Below, one piece after another: positions 1-12,162 of a stretch of 64,000 bases of DNA. The position numbers and the translations under genes were made by a program. Each line of letters starts with the position of its first letter. The first letter of the stretch is position 1. The notes under the pieces are model-generated. The model did not search any database. It saw only the letters and a list, made by a program, of their open reading frames with translations, and was not told the origin of the DNA. Source of the stretch: an uncultured Alphaproteobacteria bacterium (GTDB lineage: Bacteria; Pseudomonadota; Alphaproteobacteria; Rhizobiales; Methyloligellaceae); assembly GCA_963776655.1 (NCBI GenBank), contig CAVZNL010000004.1, forward strand, positions 490,382 to 554,381, written 5' to 3'.

Positions 1-216
1 GCACAACGCCCAAATCGATGACCGAAAGACAGCTTTCTATAGCTGATTTGTGCGCGCTGTTCGCAACCTCGCAGACGCCCCGCGCGGCCTCTTGTTTCTC
101 CAATTTTTTCAATGTGTTAGCATGCCGAAAATACGCCGCTTCGGCCGGTCTCGCCGCAGGCCAATTCGTCAGCCTACGGAGATTCGTTCACAAGGTAAAT
201 CCAAGGAAATTTGGGG

Positions 217-241
217 GGAACGATGGTCTCGCCGAAACGTT
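217..241 (+). promoter_or_regulatory. EcfG/SigT (general stress response ECF sigma) promoter
   Basis: GGAAC-N16-CGTT, an exact match to the alphaproteobacterial EcfG consensus, ~90 bp upstream of the PRC-barrel gene. Confidence 0.7.
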
Positions 242-330
242 TTACCTCTACTAAGCCAGGGCCCCGCAGGCCTTGGCTCGATCGCACCGCGATCACCCCC
301 AAACTGATGCAAAAGACACGGAGCGAAACG

Positions 331-1047
331 ATGAATCGATTTCTGACATGCACGGCCGTGGGCCTTTTCTTGGGCTTGTCGCCTGCTATGGCGCAGACCT
401 CGCCCCCTGCCGACGACGCGCAGACTCCGCCTGCCGTGAATGAGCCGGCACTCCCGCAGGCCATGCCCGATCCGGCACAGCCTTCAGATCCGGCAGCGCC
501 GATCCCCGGCGATTCGACTGAGGTGACGCCTTCGCCGATGCAGCCTGGTGACGATGCCATGCCGCCGGCGCAGTCCTCACAGGCGCCGCAAGCGATCGAG
601 CCAGCGGCACCCCAGTCCTCAGAGGCGCCGCAAGCGATCGAGCCGGCGGCACCGAAGTCGGCGGACGCTTCCGGCAGCCCGCAGTTCCTGTCGAAGCAGG
701 CCAGCGACGATTGGCTCGCCAGCAACCTGATCGGCCAAACGGTCTATAACGGCCAGAACGAGGCGATCGGCGACATCAACGACCTCGTCACCGACCACAA
801 CGGCAAGATCGTCGCCGTCCTGATCGGCAGCGGCGGGTTCCTCGGCCTCGGCGAAAAGGACGTGGCCGTGCGTTTCGAGGACCTGAAGCTCGCGCGCGAG
901 GATAATGACAGCATCAAGATCGTCGCCGACCTGAATAAGGAGACGCTCGCCGCGGCGCCTGATTACGAGACGCTGGCCGAGCAGAAGGTCACCGTGGGTT
1001 CGACCAAGGACGACCGCGAGGATGTTGGCGGAGAGAAGACCTACTAA
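331..1047 (+). CDS. Secreted PRC-barrel domain protein with Pro-rich linker
   Basis: Signal peptide MNRFLTCTAVGLFLGLSPAMA; PRC motif ASNLIGQTVYNGQNEAIGDINDL...GGFLGLGEKDVAV. Confidence 0.88.
   Translation: MNRFLTCTAVGLFLGLSPAMAQTSPPADDAQTPPAVNEPALPQAMPDPAQPSDPAAPIPGDSTEVTPSPMQPGDDAMPPAQSSQAPQAIEPAAPQSSEAPQAIEPAAPKSADASGSPQFLSKQASDDWLASNLIGQTVYNGQNEAIGDINDLVTDHNGKIVAVLIGSGGFLGLGEKDVAVRFEDLKLAREDNDSIKIVADLNKETLAAAPDYETLAEQKVTVGSTKDDREDVGGEKTY
571..654 (+). repeat. 42-bp tandem repeat x2 encoding QSS(Q/E)APQAIEPAAP
   Basis: Two near-identical cagtcctca...gcggcacc units inside the PRC-barrel gene. Confidence 0.85.
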
Positions 1048-1084
1048 TCTTCCCTCCCTGTAACTCGTAAGCGTCAGAAGCATC

Positions 1085-1124
1085 GAGCCCGGCCCGTCGT
1101 CAAGACAGGCCGGGCTCTCTTTTT
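1085..1124 (+). terminator. Rho-independent terminator between the convergent PRC-barrel gene and ssb
   Basis: GAGCCCGGCC...GGCCGGGCTC stem followed by TCTTTTT. Confidence 0.8.
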
Positions 1125-1151
1125 GTCAGGCGCCGTGCGAGGATGAGCGCG

Positions 1152-1628
1152 TCAGAACGGGATTTCGTCGTCGAGCTCCTTGTCGAAGGAGCCGCCCTTG
1201 CCGCCGCCACCTGCAAACGGACCGGAGCGTCCGAAATCGCCGTTCCGCTGGTCGCCCTCCCCCGTGCCGTCGCGGGGCTTGCCGTCGAGCATGGTGAGTT
1301 CGCCGCGATATTGTTGCAGCACCACTTCGGTCGAATAACGATCCTGCCCAGACTGATCCTGCCATTTTCGCGTCTGAAGCTGGCCCTCGATGAAAACCTT
1401 CGAGCCCTTCTTCAAATATTGCTCGGCAATCTTTGCGAGGTTCTCGTTGAAGATGACGACGCGATGCCACTCGGTCTTTTCGCGCCGCTCGCCGGTCGCC
1501 TTGTCGCGCCAGTTTTCGCTGGTGGCGACGCGCAGATTGACGATCGGCCGCCCATCCTGGGTTTGACGGACTTCAGGGTCGGCGCCGAGATTGCCGACGA
1601 GGATGACCTTGTTCACCGATCCGGCCAT
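1152..1628 (-). CDS. ssb: Single-stranded DNA-binding protein
   Basis: [19 protein letters not shown]...; acidic C-terminal tail DDEIPF. Confidence 0.98.
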   Translation of the reverse strand: MAGSVNKVILVGNLGADPEVRQTQDGRPIVNLRVATSENWRDKATGERREKTEWHRVVIFNENLAKIAEQYLKKGSKVFIEGQLQTRKWQDQSGQDRYSTEVVLQQYRGELTMLDGKPRDGTGEGDQRNGDFGRSGPFAGGGGKGGSFDKELDDEIPF

Positions 1629-1747
1629 GAGATGAGACCTCCGCACGGGGCTTGGCTGGGCATTAACCCCGCTTACTCTACAGCCCTCAAGCCGCGGCCT
1701 GCCAGATGTCGAAGATCCTGTCCACAGGCCGAGGGCCAGAGGCATTT

Positions 1748-1762
1748 GTACACGTTTTGTTC
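1748..1762 (-). promoter_or_regulatory. LexA (SOS) box, alphaproteobacterial type
   Basis: Reads GAAC-AAAACGT-GTAC (GAAC-N7-GTAC) on the minus strand, 120 bp upstream of ssb. Confidence 0.75.
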
Positions 1763-1810
1763 TCACCTGTCCATCCCCTGCCATTTTTGAGACTTGCGGC
1801 GTCGCTACCT

Positions 1811-2500
1811 ATGCCTTACCCGCATGCCTCCGGAGACCCCTCCAGGGAACGCATAAGGCCCGAGCGCTCGTCCGTCGGGAAGGAAGACATGCAGCGGCCC
1901 GTCGAGCAACGGCACGGTCAAAAACGCCGCATAACCCCGCGGCCACACCCCCGCGCGCAAGTTCTCGGCTTCACCCAGCGGCAATGGCCGTTCATCTTCG
2001 TGCTGGTCGGCAATTGGCTGTTCTCGGCCACGTTCTTCGTGGTGGCCAAGCTTGTTTGGGACTGGGTTCCGTCAGAGTGGACCGTCGGCGATCGTATCGC
2101 TCTCGTCATCAAGGATGCGGTCGTCGCCATCTTGCCGGCCGTGGTCGCCATCTGCATCGTCGCCGCCCAGCGTCTCGATCCCTCGATGTTCGTCGGCCGC
2201 ATCCCCAAACCCAATTCGGCGGTCGACATCAACAACCGGTTCATCCTCAACACGGTCGAGCAGTTCATCCTGTATTTCATCGGCAACGCGGGACTGGCGC
2301 TCTACTGCCCGGCGCAGGAGGCTCGCGCGCTGATCGTGCTGACCGCGCTGTTCGTTCTTGGGCGCGTGTTGTTCTGGGTCGGCTATCATTACAACCCCTA
2401 TGTGCGCGCCTTCGGCTTCGGCATCACCTTCTATCCGACCGTGGCGGTCTATCTCTGGCTCATCCTCCGGATGGTGTTCGGCATCGAGATCCGGATTTGA
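1811..2500 (+). CDS. MAPEG-family membrane protein (start uncertain)
   Basis: Multiple TM segments; motifs NRFILNTVEQF and FVLGRVLFWVGY. Confidence 0.7.
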   Translation: MPYPHASGDPSRERIRPERSSVGKEDMQRPVEQRHGQKRRITPRPHPRAQVLGFTQRQWPFIFVLVGNWLFSATFFVVAKLVWDWVPSEWTVGDRIALVIKDAVVAILPAVVAICIVAAQRLDPSMFVGRIPKPNSAVDINNRFILNTVEQFILYFIGNAGLALYCPAQEARALIVLTALFVLGRVLFWVGYHYNPYVRAFGFGITFYPTVAVYLWLILRMVFGIEIRI

Positions 2501-2532
2501 GCCTCCGCGGGCGCGGCGCCACCGCCCCCGTC

Positions 2533-3103
2533 CTACCGCCCCTGTTGCCAGTGCAGGACCCCCTCGAGCGGCCACAGGAACATGAGCACGTTCAGCGTGA
2601 GATTGTCCCTGATCATGGCGCCGACGAAGAGTTCGAGCGCGACCGCGACGGTCACGGTGAGCCACACCGGCAAACGCGCCGCCATGAAGAAGCCGAGCAC
2701 CATGACGAGGACGTCACTCACGGAATTGATGACGCTGTCGCCATAGTAGTCGAGGGAGATCGTCATCTCGCGATAGTGGTTGATGACGAAGTCCGTGTTC
2801 TCGATCACCTCCCATGACGCCTCGAGGGCGACCGCCAGGACGAGCCGCGTCCCGAAGGATAGCGGCACGAAGCGCGAGAGGAGCCACAGTCGCCCAGTAG
2901 AACAAGAAGCCGTGGATGAGGTGGGAGGGCGTGTACCAGTCGATCAGATGCTGGGAGTTCTCCGCGCTCATGACGTCGAAATGCCAGAGCTTCACGCTGC
3001 CGCATTTGCAGATGAGCGGATGGCCCATCAGGTAAAGGGCGAGGCCTGCGGCCGCGACGATTGCCCCGACAATGAGCGTGGTCTTGGCGGGGGTGAGCTT
3101 CAT
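2533..3103 (-). CDS. DUF2585 (UPF0314) membrane protein; apparent frameshift near 2890
   Basis: [10 protein letters not shown]...[17 protein letters not shown] in one frame, WEVIENT...YYGDSVINS...IRDNLTLN in the next. Confidence 0.85.
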
Positions 3104-3168
3104 GGCGGCGCATCTATGCACGAGCCGCCTGCCGTCGTCATCCTTGCTCACGGCGATAGATACAAACT

Positions 3169-3250
3169 CGTCATGGCCGGGCTTGTCCCGGCCATCCACG
3201 ATTTGTACGGTTGAAATTCGCGGATCCCCGGCACAAGGCCTGGCATGACG
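3169..3250. repeat. Palindromic REP/RPE-like element (CGTCATGGCCGGGCTTGTCCCGGCCATCC family)
   Basis: CGTCAT...ATGACG termini with two internal hairpins; relatives at 14593, 17035, 37155, 49084, 63148. Confidence 0.8.
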
Positions 3251-3298
3251 GGTTAGATTGCGCTTTCATTGCCCATCGGGCGGGGAGGCACTGCCAGC

Positions 3299-4891
3299 AT
3301 GACGCAGGACGAAGCTCTCGCCTTGCTCCGGACCGGCGCGTCGATCTTCCTCACCGGGCAGCCCGGCAGCGGCAAGACGCACACCGTCAACCGCTATCTG
3401 CAATGGCTGAAGCAGCGGGGCATCGCCTACGCCTATACCGCCTCGACCGGTATCGCCGCGACCCACGGCCATGGCGTGACCATCCATGCCTGGAGTGGGA
3501 TCGGCGTGCGGGAGAGCCTGAGCGCGCGCGACCTCGACCTGCTTGCGTCCAATCGCCGGCTCGCGACCCGCATCGAGAAGACGCACGTGCTGGTGATCGA
3601 CGAGATCTCGATGCTTCCGGCGCGGAGCCTTGGCTTGGTCGATACGGTCTGCCGGCATGTCAGGAGCGTCCCCTCGCCGTTCGGCGGACTGCAGATCGTG
3701 CTGGTCGGCGATTTCTTCCAGCTTCCGCCGGTCGTGCGCCGTGAGGCGCAAGCCGCGATGCTGCCGCTTGTCGACGGCGAAGACCCGTTCGGCGCGGAGT
3801 TCGCGCATGCGTCCTCGGCTTGGCGCGACCTCGCGCCCATCGTCTGCTACCTGTCAGAGCAGCACCGGCAGAGCGACAAGCCGTTCCTCGACGTGCTCGC
3901 CGCGATCCGCGCCAACGATTGCGCCGGCATCCATCGCCAACAGCTCGCCTCGCGCCAGATCGGGCAAGACGCACCACCCGAGAATTGCACGCGGCTCTTC
4001 ACCCACAACGCCGCGGTCGACGAGATCAATCAGCAGCTTCTGGCGAAGCTCAGCGGCGAAACGCATGCGTTCAGCATGGCCGCCAAGGGAGAGGCGTCTC
4101 TCGTGCAAGCGCTGAAGCGGGGCTGCCTGTCGCCCGAGACGCTTCACCTCAAGCAGGGCGCCGCGGTGATGTTCACCAAGAACGACCAGGGCGGCCGTTA
4201 CGTCAACGGCACGCTCGGCATGGTCGAGAGCTTCGATGCCGAGGAAGGCTTTCCTGTGGTCGTCACGCGGAGCGGGAAGCGCATCGTCGCAGAGCCCTCG
4301 ACCTGGAAGATCGACGAGGCTGGCAAGGAGCGGGCCAGCATCACGCAAGTGCCGCTCCGCCTCGCCTGGGCAATGACGGTGCATAAGAGCCAGGGCATGT
4401 CGCTCGATGCCGCGGTGATCGATCTCTCGCGCGCTTTCGAATACGGACAGGGCTATGTCGCGTTGTCGCGGCTGAGGAGCCTGAAGGGTCTCTATTTGCT
4501 CGGGCTGAACGAGCGGGCTTTGCGTGTGCACCCGAAAGCTGTGGAAAAGGACGCCGAGTTCCGCGCCGCTTCGGAGAGCGCGCACGGCGCCATCTCGGCC
4601 AACGCGCTGGCCGCCGAGGAGGCCGCATTCCTCGCGGCTTGCCAGGCACGGCCGCAAGCAGCGCCGGCGGCCGAACCGCGCAAACCGCGATCCTCGGCCT
4701 ATCCCAAGAGCTACGAGGTAGCGGCGCTGCGCGAGACCCACGCCAAGGCTTATGCGCCCTGGACCACGGCAGAGGAGAACGACCTCGCGTCGCGCCACGG
4801 CCAAGGCGAGACCATCAACGCGATCGCCGCGAGCCTTGGACGAAAGCCTGGCGCCATAAGGTCGCGGCTGAAAAAACTCGCACTGATCTAA
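3299..4891 (+). CDS. Pif1-family SF1B DNA helicase with a C-terminal HTH-like domain
   Basis: Walker A GQPGSGKT, ASTGIAA, IDEISM, FGGLQIVLVGDFFQLPPV, LAWAMTVHKSQGMSL, GQGYVALSR; tail AYAPWT...LGRKPGAIRSRL. Confidence 0.92.
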   Translation: MTQDEALALLRTGASIFLTGQPGSGKTHTVNRYLQWLKQRGIAYAYTASTGIAATHGHGVTIHAWSGIGVRESLSARDLDLLASNRRLATRIEKTHVLVIDEISMLPARSLGLVDTVCRHVRSVPSPFGGLQIVLVGDFFQLPPVVRREAQAAMLPLVDGEDPFGAEFAHASSAWRDLAPIVCYLSEQHRQSDKPFLDVLAAIRANDCAGIHRQQLASRQIGQDAPPENCTRLFTHNAAVDEINQQLLAKLSGETHAFSMAAKGEASLVQALKRGCLSPETLHLKQGAAVMFTKNDQGGRYVNGTLGMVESFDAEEGFPVVVTRSGKRIVAEPSTWKIDEAGKERASITQVPLRLAWAMTVHKSQGMSLDAAVIDLSRAFEYGQGYVALSRLRSLKGLYLLGLNERALRVHPKAVEKDAEFRAASESAHGAISANALAAEEAAFLAACQARPQAAPAAEPRKPRSSAYPKSYEVAALRETHAKAYAPWTTAEENDLASRHGQGETINAIAASLGRKPGAIRSRLKKLALI

Positions 4892-4986
4892 GCTCCCTGG
4901 GGAGGGTTTACCCCTCCCCTTGCCCGCCAAGCCGTTGCGGACTAAGCCTTGCGGGGAGCCCCCTTCACCCCGACATTGCCGAGAGA

Positions 4987-7871
<2,885 letters not shown>

Positions 7872-7895
7872 TGGTCAAGTCTCGGAGTGTAGCAC

Positions 7896-8183
7896 TCATG
7901 CCGCGTCGGCCGGCCGCACCCGCCGCGCGATCTCTTTCCCCTTCTCGCGCTCGATCAGGGCAATGTCGTATTGGCTTTGCAGGTCGAGCCAGAATTGCGG
8001 CTGGTTGCCGAAATAGCGGCCGAGCTTGATCGCGGTGTCGGCGGTGATCGAGCGCCGTCCGTTGAGAATGTCGGTGATGCGGCCCGAGGGCACGCCGAGA
8101 TCGAGCGAGAGGCGGTTGGCGCTCAGGCCCCGCGCGGCAAGCTCGCGTTTCAACAAACGGCCGGGATGTGCGACAGGCGGCAT
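7896..8183 (-). CDS. higA: HigA-family addiction module antitoxin (HTH)
   Basis: HPGRLLKREL...LGVPSGRITDILNGRRSITADTAIKLGRYFG...FWLDLQSQYD. Confidence 0.92.
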   Translation of the reverse strand: MPPVAHPGRLLKRELAARGLSANRLSLDLGVPSGRITDILNGRRSITADTAIKLGRYFGNQPQFWLDLQSQYDIALIEREKGKEIARRVRPADAA

Positions 8184-8187
8184 GGTT

Positions 8188-8230
8188 CTATCCTTTGTGA
8201 TAATCGACGACTTCGACGTCATAGGCAAAA
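8188..8230 (-). pseudogene. higB: C-terminal remnant of HigB toxin
   Basis: AYDVEVVDYHKG* directly upstream of higA resembles the typical HigB ending; the rest of the gene is absent. Confidence 0.65.
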
Positions 8231-8463
8231 GATTCTGGGTGGCAAGCGCGCCGCCGCCGCGGAGTGATTTTCCAGCTTTCGGCCGATTCCGGTCTCGCCG
8301 TTTCCGGTTTGCATAGGTTAACGACTGCTAGTCGCTTGCCGGCGTTGCAGGCCCCGGTCATCATCCGGTTACGATATTTCGCCGTTGCCGGTCGCGAGCG
8401 CTGCCGCTGCGTTACAATCTCGCCTTCCCGCGATCGCACCGCGTCGCGGCAAGGAGATGAGAG

Positions 8464-8907
8464 ATGCTAAGAGCGCTGTTTCTATTCTTCCTCGCCTTGA
8501 GCGCGTGGCTCGCTCACAGCGAGATGATGGCCAAGGACGCCGACTCGGCGCCGGTCCCGAACCTCGTCGGCACGTGGACCGGTCCTTTCAAGGCGATGCG
8601 AGAGACGACTGTCGCCGATGGCGCTCTCACGGTCCGCGTGCTCGAGCAGGATGGGGCGCTGCTCAAGGCCGAGAAGTCCTGGGAGAGCCTGGGCGTTGCC
8701 GGCAATGTCGCGGGCAAGGCGGTGAAAGAGGCGACCGAGCCTCTCGTCGGCGTTATCGACTTCGACGGGAAGAGCGTGCATCTCGCCGAGCAGGACGATA
8801 ACGGCCTCTACGCCGGGCGGCTGACGGCGCCCGACACGCTCGAGCTCGTCTATATCGAGGCCGGCCACGCAACCGCCTATAGGGTGCGGCTCACGCGCGG
8901 GAAGTAG
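8464..8907 (+). CDS. Secreted hypothetical protein
   Basis: AGGAGA RBS, signal peptide, PNLVGTWTG beta-rich start. Confidence 0.75.
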   Translation: MLRALFLFFLALSAWLAHSEMMAKDADSAPVPNLVGTWTGPFKAMRETTVADGALTVRVLEQDGALLKAEKSWESLGVAGNVAGKAVKEATEPLVGVIDFDGKSVHLAEQDDNGLYAGRLTAPDTLELVYIEAGHATAYRVRLTRGK

Positions 8908-9136
8908 GGAGCGAGGGCAGAAGCACCGCTCAAAGACCCCTTTTCCGCTGGAATCTGTGCGTTTCTTCCGGCTTTTCCCGGTGAATTTGCTGACAAACCC
9001 CTCCGAATCGGCGAATTTCCCGGGGATTAGGCCTTTGTCGTCTGTTCGTTGTTGCGGCAAAGTCGCGATTGCGCTCAAGGCCGGAAGGCCATAGCGATGA
9101 TTGGCCTTATCGGCCGGGCAAAGGAGGAACACGCGC

Positions 9137-9428
9137 ATGATGTCGAAATCTGAGCTCATTCAAAAAGTTGCCGACGAGTGCTCGCTGGCGAAAAAAGACG
9201 TGAAGGCGGTGATGGAGGGGCTCGCCGGTGTTGCCTACAAGGAGCTGAAGAAAGAGCGGCACCTTCATGCTTCCGGGCTTTGCCAAGTTCATCGTCGTCA
9301 AGAAGCCGGCCACCAAAGAGCGCCAAGGCATCAACCCGTTCACCAAGGAGCCGACGGTCTTCAAGGCGAAACCCGCGCGCAAGATGCTGAGGGTCCGCCC
9401 GGTCAAGGCCGCCAAAGACGCCGTCTAA
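9137..9428 (+). CDS. HU-family DNA-binding protein; apparent frameshift near 9252
   Basis: AGGAGG RBS; MMSKSELIQKVA... then GTFMLPGFAKF...KERQGINPFTKE...KPARK in the second frame. Confidence 0.9.
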
Positions 9429-9434
9429 GGAGCC

Positions 9435-10403
9435 TTAGCCCGGGGGCGGCGCGGTGATGGCGCGGCGGATGGGCGCGAGCGTGGCGCTGTCGTCGAACCT
9501 CACGCGTCCGTCCTGCACGGAAACCCCGAGGTCGCGCCAGAGCGCGTCGAGGTCCGGCGCATAGGGCGCGGTTCCCATCTTCTTGTAGAGATCGGCAAGC
9601 ACGGTGGTGCCGGTCGCCTTGTCGCCGACGCTGAAGATGCGTGCGATGGGCCAATCCTGCTCGATCGTGCCGCCTGCCTCGACAATGCCGCGCAACGCCT
9701 GCTGCAAGCCGGCCCTGTTGCCGGTGCGCTTGCGTATCTCGATGTCGGCGACCAGGCAGAAGATCGCTCCGCCCCAATAGGTGCGCCCCCAAGTGGGCGT
9801 GCGGTCGAGCCCGCGGTCGCCGGGCTGCGGCAGCCCTTTGTTCATGTCGCGCACCATGTCGCCCCAGATCGTCTCGGCGCCGAGCTGTCCGGCCTGGACG
9901 CGCGCGATCGGCTCGACATAGGTGGCGATCCCTTCGGCGAGCCACAGATGCGGCGCGCGTATGTCGGGCTGTGCGAGATGCGTCATCTCGTGGACCGCGA
10001 CCCAGTCGTCGCGGAGATCCGCTTCCGTCGCGTCGGCGCCGACGATGAGGCGGATCGCGGGGCCGCGAAAGCCGAAGGACGTGCCGCCTTGCACGTCGCC
10101 GCCCTGCGCCGGAACGACCAGCACGCGCGCCGAGGCGGCCGGGAACTTGCCGAAATAGACCGAGGTTGCCTTCGCCGAGGCCTCGAGCCAGGCCATGAGC
10201 TTGGCGCGTGGCAGAGCGAAGTCGCCCGGCGCAAATGCGACATCGAGCGTGCCGCCGCCGATCGTGATCGGCGTCTTAGCGAGGCGGTCGAAGGCGCGAT
10301 AGGGAAAGCGCTCGCCGGTCAATTCGGACTGGGCGTAAGCGGGCGGGCACGCAACGATGCCCAGGACCAGCACGTGCGGGAGAATGCGCCCAACCAAACT
10401 CAT
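9435..10403 (-). CDS. Secreted putative gluzincin-type metallopeptidase
   Basis: Signal peptide; HEMTH (HExxH) followed by WLAEGIATY. Confidence 0.7.
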   Translation of the reverse strand: MSLVGRILPHVLVLGIVACPPAYAQSELTGERFPYRAFDRLAKTPITIGGGTLDVAFAPGDFALPRAKLMAWLEASAKATSVYFGKFPAASARVLVVPAQGGDVQGGTSFGFRGPAIRLIVGADATEADLRDDWVAVHEMTHLAQPDIRAPHLWLAEGIATYVEPIARVQAGQLGAETIWGDMVRDMNKGLPQPGDRGLDRTPTWGRTYWGGAIFCLVADIEIRKRTGNRAGLQQALRGIVEAGGTIEQDWPIARIFSVGDKATGTTVLADLYKKMGTAPYAPDLDALWRDLGVSVQDGRVRFDDSATLAPIRRAITAPPPG

Positions 10404-10554
10404 CGCGAGAGCATTTGCTGATCGCGCATTGCGGAAACAAGGGCGCTCGCGACATCGTGAGAACCCCACGAGGGGGAGGTAAAGAGCTGAAGGCGAACCG
10501 CGATCGCAGATCCGGGGCTACTGGGGGATCAGGGCTACTGGATCGTCTGGAACG

Positions 10555-10646
10555 CGTCATCCTGAGGTGGCCGCGAAGCGGCCCTCGAAGGATGGCCCGC
10601 AATCGTCATCCTTCGAGGCTCGCTTCGCTCGCGCCTCAGGATGACG
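10555..10646. repeat. Palindromic REP-like element (CGTCATCCTGAGG...CCTCAGGATGACG)
   Basis: 13-bp terminal inverted repeat with internal CTCGAAGGATG/CATCCTTCGAG arms. Confidence 0.85.
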
Positions 10647-10722
10647 GCATGCAACTTCCCGCTCTTCTCTTGGCGAGAGCACGCGCAGGTTTTCGATGGC
10701 GTGGAGGTGTCGATTGCTTCGT

Positions 10723-10856
10723 CCCTTCCCTCGATGGGGAGGGTGGCGAAGCTTGAGCGAAGCGAAAGCTGAGCCGGGTGGGTTTAAGCAGCTTGCCCCC
10801 CCACCCGGCGCGCAGACGCGCGCCGACCTCCCCACGAGGGGGAGGTTTTAAGTGGC
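10723..10856. repeat. Multi-hairpin intergenic repeat (CCCTTCCC..GGGGAGGG / CCCCACCC / CCTCCCCACGAGGGGGAGG family)
   Basis: Similar copies at 36953-37109 and 62906-63140; fragment at 10463-10480. Confidence 0.8.
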
Positions 10857-10962
10857 GCACGGCCAAGCTTGAAAGTGACCCCTCCCCCGCCGTCTGGAAC
10901 CTAGCGCAAAGTAAATCGGCGTCGTCGGACATCCCCACCAGGGGGAGTATGAAAGGGCTGCG

Positions 10963-11226
10963 CTAGGCGGTCATTTGCTTGAACAGCCGCACGATGACAA
11001 GCAGGATCACGGCGCCGATGAACGCGGTGAGAATGGCGCCTACTATGCCGCCTCCAAGCGTCAGAGCGAGGCCAAGGGCGGGAAACAGGAAGCCGGCAAG
11101 GATCGCTCCGAGGATGCCGACCACAATGTCTCCGACCAGGCCATATCCCGTCCCCTGCACGAGAAGGCCCGCAAGCCAACCCGCGATGCCCCCGACCACG
11201 CAGGCGATGATGATTGCTTCCAGCAT
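10963..11226 (-). CDS. GlsB/YeaQ/YmgE (transglycosylase-associated) stress membrane protein
   Basis: GGIAGWLAGLLVQGTGYGLVGDIVVGILGA...AFIGAVILL. Confidence 0.9.
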   Translation of the reverse strand: MLEAIIIACVVGGIAGWLAGLLVQGTGYGLVGDIVVGILGAILAGFLFPALGLALTLGGGIVGAILTAFIGAVILLVIVRLFKQMTA

Positions 11227-11278
11227 TGTTCTCCCCCCTTCCGCTGAATCAACGGTCGCTTAGTCTAGCACGAGTCGC

Positions 11279-12046
11279 TCAACGTCTCGCCCAGTTTGCG
11301 GGTGGGCTGGCCCCGGCCCGCTTCGCGGCACCTGTGCGGTCGATGCCGATGAGGAGCGAAGCGCGATAGGAACCGCCCGCCTCTTCGATCTCGGCCAGCG
11401 TGGCTTCACCGCCCTCCTCGCGGAAGATGAAGTCATTGGCGTTCACGGTGTCGCGGTCCTGCTTGCGCTCGCGATAGGGAGAATGTGCGGCGTAGATGCG
11501 TTCGCTGGCCGTATCGGGGAAATAGAGCTGGCCGGTGACGCGCTCCTTATCGTCAAGGATGACCTTGAAGTGAATATGCGGCGCGCGACCCGGATACCAG
11601 CCCGGATAGATGGTGTCGAAGGCTACCCTGCCGTCGACAGCGGTGAACTGCGTTCCGCGCAAGAACGTTTCGCCCTCGGCGGCGCCGGTCGCCTGGCGCG
11701 CATAGCCGGAATAGACGCCGAGCCCGTCGCAGTGCCAGACGTCGACGCGAGCTCCCTTGAGCGCGGCGCAGGTTTCGGCATCTGTCACCGTCAGAACCAG
11801 TGCAAGCGGTGCGCCGGCCTTTCCGTCGGCGATGCCGGCGCGCACGAGCTTGGGATCGAAATAGAAAGGACCTTCCATCGCCTCGGGCGTGAGAATGCAG
11901 ACCTTGCCGTTGGGTTTGGCGGCTCCGGCCGGGCCCGACTGCGCTGTTCTTGCCGGCAACCCGAGGACTGCCGACGCTGCGGTCGCAGCACCAGCCAAAA
12001 CTTGCCTGCGCGTGACTCTCTGTTTGGCGGCGTTCTTCCGGTTCAT
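11279..12046 (-). CDS. Tat-exported intradiol ring-cleavage dioxygenase-like protein
   Basis: TRRQVL Tat motif; EGPFY, VDVWHCDGLGVYSG, LRGTQ, YPGWYPGRAPHIH. Confidence 0.9.
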   Translation of the reverse strand: MNRKNAAKQRVTRRQVLAGAATAASAVLGLPARTAQSGPAGAAKPNGKVCILTPEAMEGPFYFDPKLVRAGIADGKAGAPLALVLTVTDAETCAALKGARVDVWHCDGLGVYSGYARQATGAAEGETFLRGTQFTAVDGRVAFDTIYPGWYPGRAPHIHFKVILDDKERVTGQLYFPDTASERIYAAHSPYRERKQDRDTVNANDFIFREEGGEATLAEIEEAGGSYRASLLIGIDRTGAAKRAGASPPANWARR

Positions 12047-12162
12047 GCTCGATTTCCCGATGGTGTTGGCAAAGCACCGCACAGAAAAGTGGCCTCGGCT
12101 TGACGCAGATTGTGAAAGATCGTCCCTCCCCTAGATGGGGTCCCACGGGGAAGAGGGAAGGC

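Noticed and set aside
10415-10966. ORFs spanning the repeat cluster (also 36949-37217 and 62882-63181)
   Set aside because: They are translations of palindromic repeats, not plausible genes
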